The notes under the pieces: model-generated | Seen by the model: only the letters and a program-made list of their open reading frames with translations | What the model was told of the DNA's origin: nothing | Databases searched by the model: none | Source of the DNA: Guillardia theta CCMP2712 | Taxonomy: Eukaryota; Protista; Cryptophyta | NCBI RefSeq assembly: GCF_000315625.1 | Contig: NW_005434591.1 | Location: forward strand, 1-34,152 | Direction of reading: 5' to 3' | Length of the DNA stretch: 34,152 bases | Translations under genes and position numbers: made by a program | Shown: in pieces, positions 25,370 through 34,152 of the stretch | Numbering within the stretch: position 1 is the first letter of the stretch | Layout: every line of letters begins with the position of its first letter

Positions 25370-27938
25370 TTACGCCCGAGCAATAAATTTTCTCATCCTC
25401 TTCATCTGGTTGACTCGGTTCTGCTCGAGCTTCTCGTCATCCTCCTTCCTCCCTCACAAGCTCCGACCACTCGTCTACTTCATCCCATCCCTCCTCCGTC
25501 CTTCTCCTCTCACTCCGCCTGACCTCCAGCTCGTACGCCTGGTGGAAGACCTCAAAGTTGATCGCCTGCTGCTGCGAGTCGAAGACTGGTAGCAGCATCC
25601 CCATCATCAGCTGTTTGCTCTGCTGCTCGTTGGCCAGCGCTCGCATCCTGCAGGAAGGGTTTCTCAGCTCGACGGACCAGGCGACATGGAGGAGGAGAGC
25701 GAAGGAGACGAGAGCGGTCCAGGTAAGCCAGTGCTTGTTGCTGTCAGAGGGGTGGACAGCCCAGCGGTATTGTGGCAGGGAGCTGTTATAGCGGAGCACG
25801 CCATGGTCGAGGAAGCAGACGAACTGGACGGGGCAGGAGGGTTTGCCGAGGACGGTCTCGCTGACGCTTCGGTTGGACACGAAGATCAAGACGGTGGGAA
25901 TGAGGAGGTTGGAGATGACGGTGACCGCGAGGAGAAAGGTGGCGAAGGAGCGGAGGCCCCGCGACCTCTTCGCGACAGGGCGTTGAGCCTTGTGGAGTAG
26001 GAAGCGAAGGTCCAGCTGAAACTTGACGGCGAGGATGAGGATGAGGACGGCGAGGCTGGCTGGTGCTGTCATGCCGAAGCACAAGACGATGGCGAGAGGG
26101 ACGGCGAGAAAGTGATAGCCCAGCTCGACCCCAGCAAACTTGGGAAGCTGAACCTCCTCGTCCGCCTGCCCTCGACTCGACATGACGATGTTGCGGCGCT
26201 GGCGGGGGCCGGAGGGCTGAGGCGGGCCCTGCTTGCCCCTCCTCTTCCTCATGAGCGCGAAGAGATCGTCGGAAGCCAACAGCTGGGAGAGGTTCAGCCG
26301 CCTCGCCCTCCTCCCCACCGCCTGCAGCAGCTCCAGCACCACGACCTGCGAGAAGAGGAGGGCCCACACGTTCAGCTGCAGGTCTAGCAGGCAGTCGTTC
26401 CTCCAGCACCGCGCGGGCCAGCTGAAGTCTCGCGGGTCACCGAAGGTCGTGGTGAGAGCGACGTAGAGGAGGCAGAGAGAGGCGTTGATGGACCGGAGGT
26501 AGAACGCCTTCATCTCTTGCAGGTGCGTCCTTGCCGACTTCACTTGGAAGCACGCGTCGTATCGCTTCAGATGCTCCAGCAGCCTCCGCCCCAGCTCCTC
26601 GAAGAGCAGCACTCTCCCTCCCTCCACCAGCGCGAACACAACCGCCGAGCTGGAGGAGAGCTGCGGCACGTATGCGTCACGCGCGATGCGGATCAGGATG
26701 CAGCAGATGCAGGCGACCCAGAGGAAGAGGGAGATGACGGCGAACTCGGACATGGCCGTCAGCCACCGCACGTACCGCAGCCGATCGATGCTCTTCTCCG
26801 CAAACTGACTGGAGGGGCTGAGGAGGATGGAGCTGAGGTCCAGGAGGCGCGAGACGTCCACGTCCTTGAACAAGTCTACATCCTCCTCTGTGTAGTCCTT
26901 CACCGCCCACTCCGTTCGCAGCTCGAACTCCCGGCGACTCCACGAGAGCGTATAGGCCGCCAGCTGCGTGTGGAAGGCGACGGCGAAGATTGCCTGCAGC
27001 CAGTAGAGAGCGCGAGCTGCCTGCCCAGCTGAGTCTGTGGGCACCTGCTGGTTCCAGATGGCAAGCTGGAAGAGCTGGAGGAGGAGGCCCGAGACGGCGA
27101 GGGGGGCCCAGTAGCGGACAAAGTGATAGAACCAGGCGAAGTAGAAGGCAAGGTCCTCCCCGAGGTAGTCGCGGACCATGGTGACTGAACGCGACTTGTT
27201 CTCGAGTCTCCTGCTCAGAAACTCCAGCTGCAGCCTCTCCTTCATGTTCCGATCATGGAGGGGGATGAGGTCGACGAGGACGCTGTCAAACACGCGCGTG
27301 AGGGAGGGAGGGAGAGCGCTGGAAGAAGAGGAAGAAAGGGAGAGGAGGGGGAGAGGAGGGAGAGGAGGGGGAGAGGAGCGAAAGGAGGGAGGGAAAGAAC
27401 GGGAGGAAGAGATGAGATACACGGCAGGAGGGAAGAAGGGCGCAGGAAGGATCAGGGGGAGAGGGAGGAGAGACAAGAGAGGAGGGAGGGAGGAGGGAAT
27501 GGAGGAGGAAGAGAAGCAAGGAGGGCAGATAATTCACCCGTCATCTCTCAACTTCTCCAAGTCCAGGCAGGCTCCGTTGGTCTTATGCTCGGACGTCATG
27601 ATGTTGTAGATGAGCAGCTGGAGTTGGCTGCTGGTGAAGAAGCTCGAGCTGCCGAGGCTGCCGTAGAAAAGATGTCGCTTCTCGATGGTGAAGGGCGCGA
27701 TCCCTCCGTCGTTGAGCAGCTCCTTCTGCATTCCTATCCTCTCTGCCTCCTGCTCCAACCTCTCGCAAGGGCATCGGACGTAGATGTGCATTTCCCTTCC
27801 GCTCTGGGACTTGCAGACGATGCAGATAAGGCCTGCTGCTCGGAGAAGGCGAATGAGTTTCGCTCTCGACTTATTGTCATCCTCCACGTCATGTGAAAGG
27901 ATGAGACACCATTCGCAGTGCATCGAGTCCATCGCCAT
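25370..27938 (-). CDS. Anoctamin/TMEM16-family membrane protein (spliced; start uncertain)
   Basis: LIPLHD, VRDYLGEDLAFYFAW, WSRREFELRTEW, CWRNDCLLDLQL, LDLRFLLHKAQRPVAKRSRGL, and multiple TM segments. Confidence 0.85.
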
Positions 27939-28429
27939 CCTCGCTCCTCGCTCCTCGCTCCTCCTCCCCTCAGCTCTGCTCCCTTCACGCTCTCCGCTGA
28001 TTTATTTCTTCGATTGGCACATTCGCTGCGAGGAATGCTTAGACACTCAGACGCTCGTACCCATCTCACCCCTCGTCCTCCTCATCATGACACAAGTCTT
28101 CTTGCTGCAGGCACATCTCCTGGTCTCCTTCGTTCTGACGATTCTTTCGACTTTCTTAATCTCATCATATCCTTGCGCACATCTTTCTGAAGACCTTTCA
28201 AGTAAAGCTTCCCTCTATTCCATCGTCACTTCCTCCTCCTAGCGCTTCTTTCCCTTCCGCACTCCCTCTTCCTTTTTCTATTCCTGACTTCCCCCCCCCC
28301 CCCCTCCCCCCCCCCCCTCCCCCCCCGTCCGTCCTCTCCCTCTCCCCCCCGTCTCTCCTCCTGCTTCTCCTCCCTCCCCCTGTCCTTCACATCGCAACTC
28401 ATTTCCGCATTTTTCTATTCCTGGCTTAC

Positions 28430-28720
28430 CGAATGATGGCAGACCACTTGGAGAAATACACCGGTCCTTTTCTCTGTGTTGACGGGGGTTCACGAAGAGG
28501 GGGTTGTTGCCCATGGGTTCGTGGGTGGACCGGAGAGCAGATTGAGTCGGGGTGGGTCCTGGTGAGTGGTGACTGTGAGTGGGTAGGGGTACATGAACTT
28601 GTCATATCACCCTACAAAAATCCTTTTGTTTAAGCTGATATGCAGGGGTATGAATGTCAAGGGTAGGGTTATGAGTTTGATCGTCGGGTAGGTGGTCGTG
28701 ATCTCGGTGGGTGGGCAGAG
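28430..28720. repeat. GGGT-rich non-coding tract resembling 20500-20945, between divergent genes
   Basis: Repeated gggtagg/gggtgggt motifs; adjacent to poly-C at 28289-28327. Confidence 0.3.
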
Positions 28721-29098
28721 CTGGAGCTAGGAGCGCAGATTTCAAGGGGAGCGAAGGGAAGGGAGAGAGGAAGAGGAAGGGGAAGCGAAGAGGAGGAGGA
28801 GCAGGATGGGGAGAGACCAGAGACGAGATGTCATGATGGGGACGAGACGACGAGAAGCCTTTCGGTGAAAGACAAGTCAGTGGAGGAGAAGTATTCCGAC
28901 GAGCTAAGAAACCTTAGACAAGGTGAAATTGAACAGGATTGTTACCAAGAACGTGGCGGGGGTTCAAGACAGCAAGAGCAGAAACAGACAAGCTGACAGA
29001 ACGAAAGTTACACGCCGTGTCTTGTTTGATTGGATAGTCGCTCGGAAGAAGAAGCCAGCTTCGTTGCTCTTCGCTAGAGCCTTGGACAACAAGGAGCG

Positions 29099-32000
29099 AT
29101 GAACGACGAGGAGCTTCTGTCGCACATCTACAGGAACGAGGCTCTGACAGCACGAGGGTTCGATGGTTATCGTCAGAAACACGATCAGTTCAAGCTGGGA
29201 GCCATCGCTGAGCTCATCGACAACGCCATGGAAGCTCAGTCGACAAAGGTGATGCTCAACATCGACGAAGCGACCGGAATCCTCGAAGTGCTCGATGACG
29301 GAGTAGGAGTGCCGCGCAAGGTGGTCAAGACGATGGTCATCGCCGGGAGAGGAAACAAGAAATCCAAGAACAACTACGGGGTTGGCTTCAAGTGCGGTAG
29401 CTTGGGGATAGGCAACGACGTCCTTGTGCTCTCCAAGACGGTCGAGTGTAACTGCGGAGTTTACTTCAAGGTCATCCAGGGGGAGGACGTGAAGTGCACG
29501 TGCGCGAAGGGCGAGCGAAGGCACGTGCGAAGCCTCATCTACCTCACCGCAGGCTCGCGCCTGGAGGGGGACGACGATTCGCTGCAGATCCCGATGATCT
29601 TCTGGCGGGGGGACGGCAAAGCTCTGGTGACGTTGGAGGATCTGAAGGAGATGCCGGAGCAGGAGGAGAGGGGGATCTCAGACGCGGGAGTCAGTCACCT
29701 GATCAAGTTCGTCTGCACGCACTTCCACCTCCATACCCTCAAGGCCATTCAAACGAGTTTCGATCGCATCAAAGGCAAAACCGGCACCCTCGTCCTCATC
29801 GCTCACCTCAACGACAACGAGCTGGCGCAGCAGGTAGAGCTCGACAAGCCTCGCAGCGACATCATCGCCAAGCAAGGGGACGCGAACCTCGTTCGCGAGG
29901 ACCGGAAGCCGCCCTTCAACGTGGGAACGGACGTGCCTCAAGACTATTCGCTGCGCTCCTACTGCGAGATGCTGTACGCGCGTAGCCCGCTCATGAAGAT
30001 GCAGATCTACATCGCAGAGAAGATCGTCGAGTTGAGGTGTGTGGAGGACATGTGTGAGCCCCGGGAGATGGTGAGTTACGTCGAGGCCCTCGAGGTGAAG
30101 GGTGAGACCCACAAGCTGGAGGTTAAGCTTGGGTTCTCACCCGATGCTTGTACTCGTGGTGTCTGCGGGTTCTTCGTCTACTTTGACAAGGGACACCAGC
30201 TTCCTCCCCGCCTCATCTCTGCGTATCATCGAGTCGGGTTGATGACGAACAGAGCTGGGAAGGTGAACGGGATGGTGGGAGAAGTGATCCTGTCGCACAA
30301 GGCGGTGAAGGTGGATCAAGGGAAGCAGCGCTTTGAGTACTCAGCGACGCTGAAAGCCGTGGACTCGATTCTCAACTCCTGCTGCGATCTCTACGAGGAA
30401 GCGTATCAGCTTCTGCGGGACCAGCACGATGCCTTGATGCGGGACCTGGAGGAGAGGGCGTTCTCGCAGGGAAGGATCGTATGGGCCCAGTACACCAACC
30501 AGGGCCCCTTCCGCCACTGGCCGGGTATCGTGCTCAACCGCTACGACCGTGAGGTGATGCGCTACATGCCGAGTGAGCTCTTTCAGCCCTCCAACCCCAA
30601 CGCCTTCCCCCGCGGCCCCCACCCTTCTCACCTCCTCGTCGAGTGCCTCGAGACCCGCGAGAAGATGTGGTGCAAGGTGTCGGATCTGGAGCCCTTCGAC
30701 AGCGACAAGGGGGAGAAGATGGAGAAGGAAGCAGTCAAGAGCGTTGAGAGCGACTTGAAGGAGAGCCTGAAGGCAGCGATCAAGCAGGCGAAGAAGGTGC
30801 TGGAGGAGTACGACGATGTGATTGAGTGTAGTATCCGCTGCCATCTGTGCACCGCATGGCGAACATTCAGAGGATCGCGAGCCGATGCAGAGGAGAATGA
30901 CTGGGAGTGCAGCATGGGCTACATCGTTGACGGAGAGACAAGATTCGACTGCGATCTGCCTTCGACGAACAAGCCGCGTGGGCAGTCGCACGGGCTGTTA
31001 AAGGACAGACCGGACAAGAAGCCGGTGAAGGCCGAGACGACGATCGTCAAGTCAGAGAGCGTGGCAGTGAAGGTGGAGAGAAGCAACGGGGATGAGAGGA
31101 AGGAGAGCTTGTTGAGGCGAATGCCTGCCAAAGAGTTCCTCTCGCTTCACTCCTCCCTCGTCCACAAGTGGGAGAGCGTGAGCAACGTCTCGGTGATGCA
31201 GGACGGGAGGGTCAGAACGTTGTCAGGCGTCTGGCGGAAGAACCCTGTGAAGATCAAGGAGTACAAACATGACAACTTCGACGAGTTTCTCAAAAACTTT
31301 CAGGTCATGAACACCTCTCTCTCTCACCGCAACATCATCAGCTCCCTCGGCGTCCTCCACAACGACGTCGAGCAAACCTTCGGCCTGATGATCAGCAGTC
31401 TACCCAGCGTGAAGTTGAAGATCAGCAACTCCCAGCTCGACGCGTCTCTGACAGTCAGGCTGGACGTGATGGAGAGAGTGTGCATGGCGCTGGCTTATCT
31501 TCATCAGCATGACCTCTTCCTCTCCAACCTCTCCTGGGAGTCCGTCCTGCTGGGGACTGACAACCATCCCTTCATCTCAGACTTCTCTCCCATGCAAGAA
31601 GCCTCTGCCGTCCTCAACTTGCGCTGGGAGCAGCTTCCGACCAACAGTAGAGCTGTTAGGAAGGGAGGACAGGAACAGCCCGCAGACACGCTCTTGACCC
31701 GCAGGCTCCTGATGCTCGTCGACCTGGAGCACCTGGGAGCTTTCATGCACTGCGTGGGATACGGGAGGGAGCCGGACGTGAATCTGGACCTGCGGTTGGA
31801 CTTGGACGAGGACGGAGAGTACGGGCCCTTGAAGAGGCACGACAAGCTGCTCGATTTGATCACAGATTGCCTCTACGTGGAGGAGGAGGAGGGGGAAGAG
31901 GGTTGGCCAAGGGGCGTGGAGGACGTGCTCAATGCGATCAGGTCCATCCATGAGGCGAAGACAGAGCAGGGGGGGCTGGAGGAGCTGCTGGAAGAGCTCC

Positions 32001-33364
32001 ATGAACACAAGTCCTCCTCCGATCGCTCCTTCCTGTGCTACAAGGTGCTCGACGCGCAGGACCTGTACTTGCTACGGGATACTAGCATGAAGGAAGGGCT
32101 TTTCTCCTCCTGCTTCGGGTGCCAGTCGAAGCTCCCTCATGCCGTAGCTGCCTTCACCCAGGAGGCTGCGGAGCCGATCAAGTCAAGTGAGGTTCTGCTG
32201 GTAAGAGACTGGAAGCTTGCCATGTGGAAGGCGAGCAGCGTCGAGCGAGCCAACGGATTTCTTCCCCTCGTGCTCGTCGTCGACCTCCGGAAGCTCCGCA
32301 CCAACAGCTCCTTCAGAGTCTGCGACGAGCGCGGGCAGCTGTTGAAGCCTAGCAAAGTGCTGCAGTCCAAAGAGAAGGTGCTGCTCTCGGTCAAGAGGAG
32401 CATGGTACCTCAGGCCATGGTGGACGTGTGGGACTGGAGGTCGAAGGCGTACAAGGAGTTTCACAAGGCGATGGAGGGGAGCAGGTCGAGACTCTCAGAC
32501 TTCGACGGCTGGAGCTCGAGAGTCGACCTGGTGCTCAAGGACAAGACGAGCGGCAGGAGCACAGCTGGAAAGCTGCTGGAGGGTCTGGAGTCGGACCCCT
32601 CCTGCGACCTCTTGAAGAAGCTTCAGGAGGTGATAGCGATCAGCGAGGGCAGGTGGAGGAAGGCCTTCCACCAGCTCAAGGCTGGCTGGACTTTCCTTCA
32701 GCTGGGCAGCAACCGGCTGCTGGTCGGAGAGTTTGACCAGAGGACGGTGAGGGCCGAGAGAGTCGCGTTTGCGATGAACCTGTTCGCTCGCGATCACATC
32801 CAAATAGGTTTCAACGGGTCGGTCGAGCGAGACTCGAGCCTGTGCATCGTCTACCTTTGCTATCAGCACATGGGGGTGACGAGGGAAGGGGGCAGGGGCG
32901 CGTGGAAGAAGCTCCTGATCGCTCTCTCCGATATCTTCCTGCTTGAGTGCATCAGGAACCGCAAGTTGTTCATCCATCGGGACAAGTCGCCCCGAGGCCC
33001 CGAGGAGAACGTCTGGCTCGTCCTGATCCTCATCGTCATGATGCGGCTGTTCAAGTGCTCGCTCAAGGACGCCCAGGGGAGGTGGCGGGACAAGGCGGGA
33101 GAGGGGGAGGAGGAGGCTCTGCATCCTCTTCACCTCCTCATCCTCCAAGACATCGAGCAAGACTTGAAGTCCGGCAGTCTCACACTGCACAAGAACGATC
33201 GTCGCTCCGCCTACCTCAAGGCCAAGGAACTGTCGCAGCCCCTGCTGCAGCCCTCGAAGCGACGAGCTCCTGCACCCGAGGAGAGTCGGAGCCCTCTCTC
33301 GGCTAAGAAGAGCAAGATGACTCACCCCGTCCCTGTGACGCAGCAGAGGGGGGAAAAAGACTGA
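29099..33364 (+). CDS. MORC-family GHKL ATPase fused to PWWP, zf-CW, pseudokinase and an ART-like/unknown C-terminus; single 1421-aa ORF
   Basis: GAIAELIDNA, DDGVG, YGVGFK, DYSLRSYCEMLY and KQRF (MORC); IVWAQY...HWPGIV (PWWP); CHLCTAWR...WECSM...CDLP (CW); HRNII...ALAYLH...ISDFS (kinase fold). Confidence 0.9.
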   Translation: MNDEELLSHIYRNEALTARGFDGYRQKHDQFKLGAIAELIDNAMEAQSTKVMLNIDEATGILEVLDDGVGVPRKVVKTMVIAGRGNKKSKNNYGVGFKCGSLGIGNDVLVLSKTVECNCGVYFKVIQGEDVKCTCAKGERRHVRSLIYLTAGSRLEGDDDSLQIPMIFWRGDGKALVTLEDLKEMPEQEERGISDAGVSHLIKFVCTHFHLHTLKAIQTSFDRIKGKTGTLVLIAHLNDNELAQQVELDKPRSDIIAKQGDANLVREDRKPPFNVGTDVPQDYSLRSYCEMLYARSPLMKMQIYIAEKIVELRCVEDMCEPREMVSYVEALEVKGETHKLEVKLGFSPDACTRGVCGFFVYFDKGHQLPPRLISAYHRVGLMTNRAGKVNGMVGEVILSHKAVKVDQGKQRFEYSATLKAVDSILNSCCDLYEEAYQLLRDQHDALMRDLEERAFSQGRIVWAQYTNQGPFRHWPGIVLNRYDREVMRYMPSELFQPSNPNAFPRGPHPSHLLVECLETREKMWCKVSDLEPFDSDKGEKMEKEAVKSVESDLKESLKAAIKQAKKVLEEYDDVIECSIRCHLCTAWRTFRGSRADAEENDWECSMGYIVDGETRFDCDLPSTNKPRGQSHGLLKDRPDKKPVKAETTIVKSESVAVKVERSNGDERKESLLRRMPAKEFLSLHSSLVHKWESVSNVSVMQDGRVRTLSGVWRKNPVKIKEYKHDNFDEFLKNFQVMNTSLSHRNIISSLGVLHNDVEQTFGLMISSLPSVKLKISNSQLDASLTVRLDVMERVCMALAYLHQHDLFLSNLSWESVLLGTDNHPFISDFSPMQEASAVLNLRWEQLPTNSRAVRKGGQEQPADTLLTRRLLMLVDLEHLGAFMHCVGYGREPDVNLDLRLDLDEDGEYGPLKRHDKLLDLITDCLYVEEEEGEEGWPRGVEDVLNAIRSIHEAKTEQGGLEELLEELHEHKSSSDRSFLCYKVLDAQDLYLLRDTSMKEGLFSSCFGCQSKLPHAVAAFTQEAAEPIKSSEVLLVRDWKLAMWKASSVERANGFLPLVLVVDLRKLRTNSSFRVCDERGQLLKPSKVLQSKEKVLLSVKRSMVPQAMVDVWDWRSKAYKEFHKAMEGSRSRLSDFDGWSSRVDLVLKDKTSGRSTAGKLLEGLESDPSCDLLKKLQEVIAISEGRWRKAFHQLKAGWTFLQLGSNRLLVGEFDQRTVRAERVAFAMNLFARDHIQIGFNGSVERDSSLCIVYLCYQHMGVTREGGRGAWKKLLIALSDIFLLECIRNRKLFIHRDKSPRGPEENVWLVLILIVMMRLFKCSLKDAQGRWRDKAGEGEEEALHPLHLLILQDIEQDLKSGSLTLHKNDRRSAYLKAKELSQPLLQPSKRRAPAPEESRSPLSAKKSKMTHPVPVTQQRGEKD

Positions 33365-33589
33365 CAGCTACCTTGTTGCTGCAGGAGCGAGGAGGGAGAG
33401 GGGAGTAGCCCCTCGATTTGACTTGGTAACCTAAACATTTGATGAATGAATGAAAGCCGTGAGTGCATGAAGCTGCTCTAGTTGACATCTACGCGGCAAG
33501 AGAAGCACGTGATGGCTGGTGTGTTTATTGCGTGATTGTAAGGAAGGAGAGGAGGAGCTGAAGTACAAAAGAAGCGAAGGGAGGAGGAG

Positions 33590-33910
33590 AGATCGTCTCA
33601 GTGAGGGTCCGAGTCAAGGATATTCGATGCCGTCCTCCTGTTCCCGATCGATCCAAGGCCCGCTGCACCTTAGTCAGTTCCTCCTCCTCCTCCTCCTCCT
33701 CCCCATTGCAAGTCCCGCCCCTCTCCTCTCATCGTGTCATCGGCTCACTTGAGATGGCGGTGGTGGATCCTTGCGCTGACTCAGAGGGCAGGAGGCTGGA
33801 TATCCTCTCCCTGCTTCCTTCTCGCGAGAGAACCGCTGCAGAGGCGCCGCCAGCCCTGGCAGGCGAGGAGTCTCTCGACTCTCTTCCGAAAGATCCTCGC
33901 GAGTCAACCT
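33590..33910 (-). CDS. Possible 3' exons of a gene entering from beyond the window
   Basis: A minus-strand acceptor ctgacttcctggcag is followed by an open Ser-rich frame and a gtgag donor; no homology recognised. Confidence 0.25.
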
Positions 33911-33932
33911 GCCAGGAAGTCAGTCATGTGGG

Positions 33933-34152
33933 GGAGGAGGAAGAGGAAGAGGAAGAGGAGAGAGGAGGAGGAGGAGGAGGAGGAGGAGGAGGAGGAGGAG
34001 GAGGAGGAGGAGGAGGAGGAGGAGGAGGAGGAGGAGGAGGAGGAGGAGGAGGAGGAGGAGGAGGAGGAGGAGGAGGAGGAGGAGGAGGAGGAGGAGGAGG
34101 AGGAGGAGGAGGAGGAGGAGGAGGACGAGGAGGAGGAGGAGGAGGAGGAGGA
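33933..34152. repeat. Long (GAG)n microsatellite running off the window
   Basis: Read directly from the sequence. Confidence 0.97.

Noticed and set aside
33933-34152. Telomere or poly-Glu CDS
   Set aside because: (GAG)n/(CCT)n tracts occur repeatedly in introns across this window; there is no evidence for a chromosome end or coding use.

Overview
Eukaryotic nuclear DNA with many short (~45-55 nt) spliceosomal introns, GA/CT-rich microsatellites and an EsV-1-7 repeat gene. It resembles a cryptophyte such as Guillardia theta (inference only). Positions 1-4670 are a cluster of fragments of one mobile element that encodes a CCHC zinc knuckle plus a restriction-like endonuclease (RLE; CRE-like non-LTR retrotransposon C-terminus). 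No RT is present, and the 5'-truncated bodies are repeatedly capped by an inverted copy of the element's own 3' end. The rest holds spliced genes (Miro GTPase, EsV-1-7 protein, ceramide/sphingosine-kinase-like protein, a small 4-TM protein, a Zn2Cys6-ankyrin-Tudor-like protein, beta-adaptin, anoctamin) and tRNA-Lys(CTT). It also holds an intronless 1421-aa MORC ATPase fused to PWWP, CW, a pseudokinase and a probable degenerate ADP-ribosyltransferase-like domain. Exon boundaries were traced by eye and some gene ends are approximate.
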